Shown here: positions 11,403 to 22,784 of the stretch, piece by piece
Layout of the letters: each line of letters starts with the position of its first letter
Numbering within the stretch: the first letter of the stretch is position 1
NCBI GenBank assembly: GCA_963701775.1
Contig: CAVPBH010000011.1
Span: 94,367 to 158,366, forward strand
Direction: 5' to 3'
DNA: 64,000 nt
Origin: an uncultured Chloroflexia bacterium
Lineage (GTDB): Bacteria; Chloroflexota; Anaerolineae; JAAYZQ01
Translations under genes and position numbers: made by a program
Notes under the pieces: generated by a model
The model's input: only the letters and a program-made list of their open reading frames with translations
Database searches by the model: none
Told to the model about the DNA's origin: nothing

Positions 11403-12947
11403 GTGCGGGCAGCCGGCCTGGTGATGGCGCTCTTTGTCGTCAGCCGGGCGCTGGGGCTGCTGCGCGAGATGGTAATCAGCCACCAGTTCGGCACGAGCGG
11501 CACCCTGGACGCCTACCTGGCGGCCTTCCGGCTGCCCGACATCCTCTTCCAGATCGTTGCCGGGGGAGCGCTTGCCTCGGCCTTTATCCCCACCTTTGCC
11601 ACGTATTGGGAGCGGGACGACCGCGCGGGCGCGTGGCGACTGGCGAGCGCGGTGATCAACCTGGTGTTGGTGATCACGGTCGCGCTGGCGGCGGTCGCGG
11701 CGCTGCTGGCCCCCTGGCTGGTGCGCGAGGTGATCGCTCCGGGCTTTGACGCAGAGCGGCAGGCGCTTGCGGCGAGCTTGATGCGGCTGATGCTGGTCAC
11801 TCCGGCCGTGTTTGGAGTGAGTGGCGTGATCATGGGCATCCTGAACGCGCGGCAGCACTTTTTGCTGCCGGCCGTCGCGCCGGTGCTCTACAACTTGGGG
11901 ATCATCGGCGGCGCGCTCTACCTTGCGCCGTCGATGGATGTGCGCGGGCTGGCAGTGGGCGTGGTGGCTGGCTCGCTTGGCCACCTGCTGGTGCAGATCC
12001 CGGCGCTGGCGCGGCAAGGGATGCGCTATGCCCCGGCGCTCGGGCTGCGGGATGCCGGCGTCCGCGAGGTGGGGCGGCTGATGCTGCCGCGCATGCTTGG
12101 GCTGGCAGCGGTCCAGCTCAACTTCCTGGTCAACACGATCCTGGCGTCTGGGCTGCCGGCGGGGAGCCTTTCGGCGCTCAACTACGCGTGGCTGCTGATG
12201 CTGCTGCCGCAGGGGGTCTTTGCCCAGGCAGTGGCGACGGCGGCATTCCCGACCCTTTCGGCGCAGGTGGCGCGCGGCAAGCTCCTGGAGATGCGCGGGA
12301 TGCTCGCCGCGACGCTGCGCGCCGTGCTCTACCTGGCGCTGCCGGCAGCCGTCGGATTGGTGCTGCTGCGGACGCCGCTGGTGGAGGTAGTTTTCCAGCG
12401 CGGCGCCTTCACCCAAGAATCGACACGGATGGTGGCCGGCGCGCTGGCGTTGTATGCGCTCGGGCTGCCGGCCCACTCGGCGGTCGAGATCCTGGTGCGC
12501 GCCTTCTATGCCATGCACGACACCCGGACGCCGGTGGCAATTGGCGTCGCGGCGATGGCGCTGAACATCGGGCTCAGCGTGGCTTTCATGGCCGCATTCG
12601 GGGCGGCCGGCCGTCCGCAGTACGGCGGGCTGGCGCTGGCCAACTCGCTGGCGACGACCCTGGAGATGGGCGCCCTGCTCCTGGTCCTCCGCCGCCGGCT
12701 GGGCGGGCTGGAGGGCCGCCGCCTCGCCTCGTCGCTGGCGCGCGTGGGGCTGGCTTCGGCGGCGATGGCGGCGGTTCTGCTGGCTGCGGGATGGGCGCTG
12801 GCCGGAGCAGGCGTCTGGCTGCGCGCCGGCGTGGGCATCGCCGCCGGCGCCGCGGCCTACGGCGGGGTCAGCCTCACGCTGGGCGCGACGGAGCCGCGGG
12901 CGATGATTCGGGCGATGCGGAGACGCGGGGACGCGGGGAGTCAGTAG
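11403..12947 (+). CDS. murJ: Lipid II flippase MurJ/MviN
   Basis: ORF 11217..12947 is open throughout. MurJ-like sequence starts at VVRAAGLVMALFVVSRALGLLREMVISHQFG. The first 62 codons read through the two hairpin repeats, so GTG 11403 is preferred. Multiple TM segments. Confidence 0.8.
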   Translation: MRAAGLVMALFVVSRALGLLREMVISHQFGTSGTLDAYLAAFRLPDILFQIVAGGALASAFIPTFATYWERDDRAGAWRLASAVINLVLVITVALAAVAALLAPWLVREVIAPGFDAERQALAASLMRLMLVTPAVFGVSGVIMGILNARQHFLLPAVAPVLYNLGIIGGALYLAPSMDVRGLAVGVVAGSLGHLLVQIPALARQGMRYAPALGLRDAGVREVGRLMLPRMLGLAAVQLNFLVNTILASGLPAGSLSALNYAWLLMLLPQGVFAQAVATAAFPTLSAQVARGKLLEMRGMLAATLRAVLYLALPAAVGLVLLRTPLVEVVFQRGAFTQESTRMVAGALALYALGLPAHSAVEILVRAFYAMHDTRTPVAIGVAAMALNIGLSVAFMAAFGAAGRPQYGGLALANSLATTLEMGALLLVLRRRLGGLEGRRLASSLARVGLASAAMAAVLLAAGWALAGAGVWLRAGVGIAAGAAAYGGVSLTLGATEPRAMIRAMRRRGDAGSQ

Positions 12948-13019
12948 CACGCAGCCGGGCTACCGAGCGGCTCACACGCCCCGCGGCACTCGGCCACTTC
13001 AGTGCGCCACGCCGCCAAG

Positions 13020-13048
13020 TTGACAGCACGCCTGCTCTGTCGTATACT
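13020..13048 (+). promoter_or_regulatory. sigma-70-type promoter, TTGACA-17-TATACT
   Basis: Read directly, 55 nt upstream of ATG 13103. Confidence 0.65.
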
Positions 13049-13102
13049 GCTGGCCGGCACGTTAATTGGTCCTCACCTCTTTTGAGCGATCGGAGGCAAT
13101 CC

Positions 13103-14996
13103 ATGATGAGAACGGGACGCAGACTGGGATCCGCTGTGGCAGTACTGCTGGCGCTGGTGCTGTTGGTGCCCGCCGCTGCAAGCGCCGGACGGGCGGCCGG
13201 CTCTGGATCGTCCGGCGGGAGCGGGCCGGCGGGGGTCTTGGCCTGGACCCGCACGCTGGACCCTGTCACGTTGAACGGTGCGGCTCTGCCCGCCTTCCTC
13301 GGCGCATCCCTCGCCGAGCTGTACGTCTACTCCTATCGTGGCAGCGCCTGGGCGCAGGTGCCCTTCCAGTTCGACGAAGTGGACGCCTCGGGGGAGTATG
13401 CCGTGGTGAACGGCCTCCTGGACGCCGTGGATGAGCTGACCTTCATGGGCGGCGACCTGGGGGAGCAGGCATCGCCGGCGCAGTGGATCGATGACCCGGC
13501 CTCCCAAGCCTATCCCCGCTTCGAGGTGCGTGTGACCAACCCCCTCAACCCGGCCGAGGAGGGATGGGTGTACGTTTACCGCTCGCCCACCGTGGCGCCG
13601 GGGTATGCCGACTATGTCGCCTGGGATGGTGTGGGCTACCGGATCCTGGGGGGCAGCTACGTGATCGGCCTGGACCCGTCGGTGATGGCGGGGACCGCGA
13701 CGCTGGAGCTGAACGGCAGCGGCGTGGACGTGCTGGACCGCATGAAGATCCGCGCCGGCGTTACATGCTGGATTGGAATCTTCCCGATCTCCATGACGTT
13801 GACCGAAGAGGACCTGGCGGATGCGCTCCAGGCCGTGCCCGAGATTGACGGCGCCGTACGGGTGGGAGGCGGCTCGACGGCCGCAGCCATCTGGTTCTAC
13901 CGCTCCGCCTATGCGACACAGCTCTCCGTGAACGCCGAAGGGCTGGAGCTCGACCCCTGCACCTCGATCACCATTGACTACATCCGCGAATCGTCGGACT
14001 GGCTGGACCCGAGCGCCACAGGCATGGCGCCCGCCACCTACTACGACGACAACACCCCGGGCGGCGTTCCGGTCGACGGCATGCCGGACACGGTTCCGGC
14101 CCTACCCGCCGTCACGTGGCAGCAGGTAAGCGGCGGCCGCGGCACCGTCGTCACGGCTCTGGACATCAGCTTCGAGTCAGGCACAATCTCCAACTACTAC
14201 CTGGACAAGTCGGCCCTGAACGGCAACGACACGGGCGACAAGCGCTCCTACGGGGACGCCGGGTTCCGCGTCGATGACCCGGCGGGCATGGTGCAGGTAG
14301 ACCTGGCGACGTATGTTCTCGATCCACTGCAGCCCAACCAGGGTGCCCTCTACAAGTCGTACCAGGCCCATCCGCTCGAGGCCACGGCCGCGGCGCAGGC
14401 ATGGCAGCCACCCTGCGAGCCGCCGGCAGGGCGCGGCGTTCACCTGGGACCCGCCGGCGCCCCTCTTCGGTGAGATGGTCTCGTTCAGCGGCAGCGCCTC
14501 TGGCTCCGAGCCGATCGGCTACACCTGGGCTTTCGGCGACGGCGGGACCGGGAGCGGCCAGTACGTGGCCCACACCTACACGGCACCCGGCACCTACACC
14601 GTGGCGATGACCGCCGGCAACGATTGCGGCAGTCAGTCGGTCCAGAACACGGTCAGCGTGCTGGGAACGGTGCACCTCTCCAAATGGGCGCTGAGCTACC
14701 GCCGGCAGCCCAACGGCAAGTTCGTCCTGCTGGCGCAGGGCAAGGTCCACAACCAGAATCACGGCGCACAGCCGGGGATTGCCGTCTCGGGCGTATGGAC
14801 CTATCCCAACGGCGCGACGCGGCCGGGCACCTCGGCCCCGAGCGACGCGGCCGGCCGCTGGCGGCTCCAGCGGTCAGTCACGGCGTGCGGCCTGTACGCC
14901 TTTGACATCACGGGCATGAGCGGCCCGGGCTACCTCTACGATCCCGGCACGAACGAAATGCCCACGCACCTGGAGATTGCCATCCCGTGCGAATAG
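13103..14996 (+). CDS. Secreted protein with a C-terminal PKD domain; one frameshift near 14420-14435
   Basis: GGAGG then ATG 13103. Signal peptide MMRTGRRLGSAVAVLLALVLLVPAAASA. After the shift, ORF 14313.. gives a PKD-like block FTWDPPAPLFGEMVSFSGSASGSEPIGYTWAFGDGGTGSGQYVAHTYTAPGTYTVAMTAGNDCG. Confidence 0.7.
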
Positions 14997-15047
14997 GCTG
15001 AGAGTTGGCCAGACCCAGGCTCTCTCCCAAGGGGGGCTAGCAAACAG

Positions 15048-15069
15048 CGGCGGTCCGGAGACCGCCGCC
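15048..15069. terminator. Bidirectional hairpin between convergent genes (GCGGCGGTC-CGGA-GACCGCCGC); second hairpin at 15090-15111
   Basis: 9-bp perfect stem. On the minus strand it is followed by TGTTTGCT. It sits between the PKD-protein stop (14996) and the rpoB stop (15121). GGGCCGGCC-TCCC-GGCCGGCCC lies at 15090-15111. Confidence 0.55.
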
Positions 15070-15120
15070 GTGTATATGCGTCTGTTCCGGGCCGGCCTCC
15101 CGGCCGGCCCGATCGTCGGA

Positions 15121-18994
<3,874 letters not shown>

Positions 18995-19201
18995 GCGTCT
19001 CTTCACTCCTTGGTTGATTCTGTGGCAAAGCCCGGAGCCTTGCCAGGACTAGGGCACGCAATCCGTACGCGGTCCTGTTGGATGCATCTGGGCGCCACCG
19101 GGGGACGCGAAGAGGTCGCGGAAGAAGTGGCGGACTCGCATGTGCATCAGAGTAGAACTCACGCAGGCGCAATCAGTTGGCGGACTCTGCCGCAACAAGT
19201 G

Positions 19202-19231
19202 ATTATACTCCGGGGGCGGGAAGGGTGTCAA
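19202..19231 (-). promoter_or_regulatory. sigma-70-type promoter, TTGACA-18-TATAAT, upstream of rpoB
   Basis: The minus strand reads ttgacacccttcccgcccccggagtataat, implying an rpoB leader of about 190 nt. Confidence 0.6.
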
Positions 19232-19277
19232 ATCGGGGGTGGGGTGTGGCGAGGGCCACGTCAAAGCCGTGGTTACC

Positions 19278-19336
19278 GTAGGGGCGGGCCACTGTGCCCG
19301 CCCAGAATCTGGGCAGACACGGGGGTCTGCCCCTAC
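19278..19336. repeat. Y-shaped palindromic element: outer stem GTAG/CTAC enclosing two perfect 8-bp hairpins
   Basis: GTAG[GGGCGGGC-CACTGT-GCCCGCCC]AGAATCT[GGGCAGAC-ACGGGG-GTCTGCCC]CTAC, read directly. Confidence 0.7.
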
Positions 19337-19489
19337 AGGTAGCGGTCATTCGCCGCGCCTTCCTGATTTGACACGGCCCTGCCGTGTGCCTTCCGGTACA
19401 GCGGGGGGCGACTTGGCACATGGACACCCAGTCCGAAACCAAGCAAAAGAGTGCCGGTGGGCAGGCACGGGTTGGGACTCCCAACCCTA

Positions 19490-19893
19490 TCACTGTTCCG
19501 CCAGTGCCTCGTACCGCTCGGGTGAGTCACCAAGGAGCCGCGAATTCGGCCATGACGCACAGCGCGTTGTACCACAACGCATTCCACTCGGCAGGCTTGC
19601 CGATGCGGGGGGGTGACCACCCAGTCGATCACCTTGGCGTCCGTCCGGGTGAGCTCCACACCGCGCTCGCCGGCGTAGAGCAGGCCGTCGGCGGGGTCGA
19701 AGTGGATCTGGTAGCGAATGCCGCGCACGTGCCAGTCGACGATGTCCTGGAGTACCGGGAACAGATCGCGCAGCAGGGTGTCGTCGCCGGTGGCCTCGTG
19801 GTAGGCGCGGATGGCCTCAAAGTACCACAGCGTTGCATCGACGGTGTTGTACTCGGGTGCCTGCCCCTCGTCGGGGAAGCGGTCAGGTATCAT
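19490..19893 (-). pseudogene. Internal fragment of a glycogen debranching enzyme (amylo-alpha-1,6-glucosidase family)
   Basis: [82 protein letters not shown], then after frame shifts [34 protein letters not shown] and [14 protein letters not shown]-stop. No N-terminal or C-terminal parts adjoin it. Confidence 0.65.
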
Positions 19894-20024
19894 CCCGCGA
19901 TCAACATAGTGCGGAACTCAAACTGCCGTATTCCATAACCTTTCGGGCCTGGATGGCTTGTCCTCCGGAGGTCACGCAGGGCCACGTCAAGGCTAGGGGT
20001 GCGGCCGCAGGATGGGCGGCGCCT

Positions 20025-20082
20025 CCTGGGATCGCCACGCTCCTGCGTGGCCCTTGTCGGGCTGGAGCCCGGCGATCCCAGG
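20025..20082. repeat. Second Y-shaped palindromic element (outer 12-bp stem plus two inner hairpins)
   Basis: CCTGGGATCGCC..GGCGATCCCAGG encloses CCACGC-TCCT-GCGTGG and CGGGCT-GG-AGCCCG. It lies just downstream of the PD40 gene stop. Confidence 0.6.
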
Positions 20083-20128
20083 CGCCGGCCGGCCAAGACC
20101 TGTCTGCATATTGACTTTGACATGCCCC

Positions 20129-21244
20129 TCAGCGGGGCGACCAGGCGGGCCAGGTGCCATCCAGGGGCGACGTCAAATCGGTCTGCCCGGAGCCGTCCGC
20201 CTTCATCACACAGATCTGCGTGGAGCCGCCGTGGTCGCAGGTGTACGCAATTCGGGTGCCGTCCGGCGACCAGGTGGGCTTGTAGTCGACGGCGGGGTCG
20301 TCGGTCAGGCGGGCGAGACCCGTGCCGTCGGCGTTCACGATGTAGATGTCGGAATTCTCGCCGCGGTAGGACGTGAAGGCAACGCGGGTGCCGTCGGGCG
20401 ACCAGGCAGGCATGGTATCCTCGCCGGGATCGTTGGAGAGGTTGGTCAGGCCCGGCGCGCCGGCGTGAGTGACATAGATCTCCGAGTTGCCGTCGCGCAT
20501 GGACTCGAAGGCGATGCGGGTGCCGTCGGGTGACCACGCAGGGTTCAGGTCGTCCGCCATGTCGGCCGTCATCCGGATGAGGCCGGTGCCGTCCGGCTGC
20601 ATGACGTAGATGTCCCATGTCCCGTGGCGGAATGACTCAAAGGCGATGTAGCGCCCGTCCGGAGACCAGGCCGGGTTGCGGTCCCAGGTCACCAGGTTCG
20701 TCAGGTTGGTCAGGCCCGAGCCGTCGGCGTTCACGACGAGGATCTCCAAGTCGTCGTCGGCGTTGGTGTCGGGGGTGCCCGCCAGGTAGGTGCAGAACGC
20801 GATCCGCGACCCGTCAGGCGACCAGGTGGGCGTCTGGTCACTGGCCTGGCTGTCCGTGAGGTTGGTGAGCCCCGAGCCGTCGGCGTTCACCACGAAGATA
20901 TCGCCCTGGGCGCCGCGATTGGACATATAGGCAATGCGGGTGCCGTCGGGCGACCAGACGGCCTCCATGTCGTCGCTCTGATAGTCCGTCAGCCTTGTCT
21001 GGCTCGAGCCGTCGCCGTGCATCACATAGATCTCGATGTTGCCGTCGCGGGTGGTCATGAAGGCGATGTGCCCGCCTCCGGCGAGAGGCGTTGGCGAGGG
21101 CACCGGCGTGGGCGGCAGGACGGGAGCCGGCTCGGGCGTGGGCGAGGGTGGGCCGCCCGCGCATGCGCAGGCGGCGAACAGAAGGATCAGCAGGCCGAAC
21201 AGGGGCCGGGGATGGAATCCCGGCCTACGCTGCGGCTTCGTCAT
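20129..21244 (-). CDS. TolB-like PD40 beta-propeller lipoprotein
   Basis: 371-aa intact ORF. GGAGG then ATG 21244. Lipobox LLILLFAAC. At least seven W(S/T)PDG(T/S)RIA(F/Y) PD40-type repeats. Confidence 0.85.
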   Translation of the reverse strand: MTKPQRRPGFHPRPLFGLLILLFAACACAGGPPSPTPEPAPVLPPTPVPSPTPLAGGGHIAFMTTRDGNIEIYVMHGDGSSQTRLTDYQSDDMEAVWSPDGTRIAYMSNRGAQGDIFVVNADGSGLTNLTDSQASDQTPTWSPDGSRIAFCTYLAGTPDTNADDDLEILVVNADGSGLTNLTNLVTWDRNPAWSPDGRYIAFESFRHGTWDIYVMQPDGTGLIRMTADMADDLNPAWSPDGTRIAFESMRDGNSEIYVTHAGAPGLTNLSNDPGEDTMPAWSPDGTRVAFTSYRGENSDIYIVNADGTGLARLTDDPAVDYKPTWSPDGTRIAYTCDHGGSTQICVMKADGSGQTDLTSPLDGTWPAWSPR

Positions 21245-21476
21245 GCTTCACCTCCTGGTTTTGGGGCGGCGCACACGCCGCAGCAATCAATCGTGGCCCG
21301 GGGAGTGGAACGCGCCGGCAAGTGTTTGCCATTGTGCCGCAACTGCGTCCCGACCAGAACCGCCGACGAAGTCAGGCACCACGCGTTGCTGCACAGCCGA
21401 GCGCGAGCATGGCCCGGACTCTGTCAAAACCTATTTGCATTGTACACCCATCCGGCCCGATTGGCAAATGACTAGC

Positions 21477-21840
21477 TTAAAGCGAGGACTGGGCCGTCTC
21501 CTTCCAAGCCCTCAGCACCTCCGCCACGGTCCACGCCTGGGCGATGCAGCCGCGCGGGGTGTGGGGCGGGTCCCCGTCAAAGATCTCGCTCAGGCTCCCC
21601 ACGCAGTGCGCGTCCAGCTCCTGGATCAGCGGCGCCAGGAACGACCGCGCCAGTGCCGGGTCGCGGTAGACGCGCAGAGTGCGCGCTCACGAGCGGCCCG
21701 ATGAGCCAGCCCCACACTGTCCCCTGGTAGTAGGCCGCATCCCGCGTGCGCCGGTCGCCGCTGGATTCGCCTCGCTCACCACAGACGTGATGACCCTTGT
21801 AGTCGGCACGGTTCGGCGTCTATTCCTACGCTGGCCTGCA
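21477..21840 (-). pseudogene. C-terminal fragment of a glycogen debranching enzyme (GDE_C-like); one internal frameshift near 21680
   Basis: My own reverse-complement translation gives ADYKGHH..GDRRTRDAAYYQGTVWGWLIGPLVSAH / LRVYRDPALARSFLAPLIQELDAHCVGSLSEIFDGDPPHTPRGCIAQAWTVAEVLRAWKETAQSSL then TAA (21479..21477). The 5' boundary is approximate. Confidence 0.65.
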
Positions 21841-22059
21841 CGATGGCCGGCCCCATGTCCTGTCGTTCAACTACCGCTCCCTGCCCCTGTCGATCATCCA
21901 GGCGATGGCCAAGCCCTGGCCCCTGTTCAAGTACATGTCGTACTGCATCGAGCAGGATGCCTACCACTACGGCGGCTGGCTGTCGTGGGCATGGGCCATG
22001 GTTCGGGAGTGGTGGCTGGCGCAAAAAGAGACCTGCAACCTGAAAGGAGAGAAAGCACT

Positions 22060-22425
22060 ATGACTCAAGAGGACGTGATGTGCGATGAGGACAACAACCC
22101 GATTGCAGGACCGCTGGTGTTTCAGCCGGAGCGAGTCCGCGGCCTGGCCAAGAGGCTGGCGCAGTGGATCTTCCAGGATGTTACCGACACCAAGTACGAT
22201 GGGCCTATCGGGTCTATTCACTCCTGCGGAGAAACGATCCAGTCCCGCCCTCGCTATCTGTTCGGCTACCCGGTCATCGTGACTACGGCCCATTGGGCTG
22301 ACGATCCCGAATATGGCGTGAGCCTGGAGATCTTGGGCAAGACGGTGTTTGAGATCCCCCTGGTGATCCCCGAAGCCCCCGCCGGCTACTACGACGATGA
22401 CGGCGCCGGCGATCTGCCGTTCTAG
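22060..22425 (+). CDS. Hypothetical acidic protein (121 aa)
   Basis: GGAGAG then ATG 22060 (MTQEDVMCDEDNNP..). The ORF is open to TAG 22423-22425. GC looks lower than the surroundings. No motif recognised. Confidence 0.5.
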   Translation: MTQEDVMCDEDNNPIAGPLVFQPERVRGLAKRLAQWIFQDVTDTKYDGPIGSIHSCGETIQSRPRYLFGYPVIVTTAHWADDPEYGVSLEILGKTVFEIPLVIPEAPAGYYDDDGAGDLPF

Positions 22426-22429
22426 AGTC

Positions 22430-22453
22430 GTAATCTCCCATATGGGAGATTAC
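22430..22453. repeat. Perfect 24-bp palindrome GTAATCTCCCAT|ATGGGAGATTAC between two small ORFs
   Basis: Read directly. It starts 5 nt after the stop of the upstream ORF and ends 37 nt before the ATG of the next. There is no U-tract after it. Confidence 0.8.
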
Positions 22454-22489
22454 AGGCCCCGCCCTGGTGCGGAGAAAGAGAGGAAGAGC

Positions 22490-22735
22490 ATGACTCACCG
22501 CTGCATTGTCGTTGGTGCCGATCCGAACAAGGCGGGTATGGCCACGGTCATCTTTGCCCGCTTTGATGGCAGCAAGATGGTAGCCAACCACACCCACAAG
22601 CGCCACGTCGACGGCAAGAGCTTCTGCCGGCTGGTCGTGGCTATACATCGTGCAGCCTTCCACATAGAAGGAGCGCACATCACCCCGGTGCTTGGAACCA
22701 TAGGCTACTCATTGCAGTACAGTCGCCAGGCGTAG
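22490..22735 (+). CDS. Hypothetical 81-aa protein; possibly the N-terminal half of a RuvC/RNase-H-fold nuclease (speculative)
   Basis: GGAGAAAGAGAGGAAG then ATG 22490. CIVVGADPNKAGMATVIFARFDG.. and ..AFHIEGAHI resemble the GxDPG..G strand and the AIEQ acidic motif of RuvC by eye. It is too short to be a full enzyme. Confidence 0.4.
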   Translation: MTHRCIVVGADPNKAGMATVIFARFDGSKMVANHTHKRHVDGKSFCRLVVAIHRAAFHIEGAHITPVLGTIGYSLQYSRQA

Positions 22736-22740
22736 AAACA

Positions 22741-22775
22741 CCAGAGCCAGGACCCCCGGCAGAGCCTGACTCTGG
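22741..22775. terminator. Imperfect hairpin between convergent genes
   Basis: CCAGAGCCAGG..CCTGaCTCTGG, between the stops at 22735 (+) and 22785 (-). Confidence 0.35.
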
Positions 22776-22784
22776 CTCAGAAGC

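Noticed and set aside
19252-19990. The 13-nt direct repeat AGGGCCACGTCAA as a target-site duplication.
   Set aside because: A 13-mer repeated within 730 bp in GC-biased DNA is not far from chance expectation. No mobile-element gene lies between the copies. It is kept only as supporting context for the Y-shaped elements.
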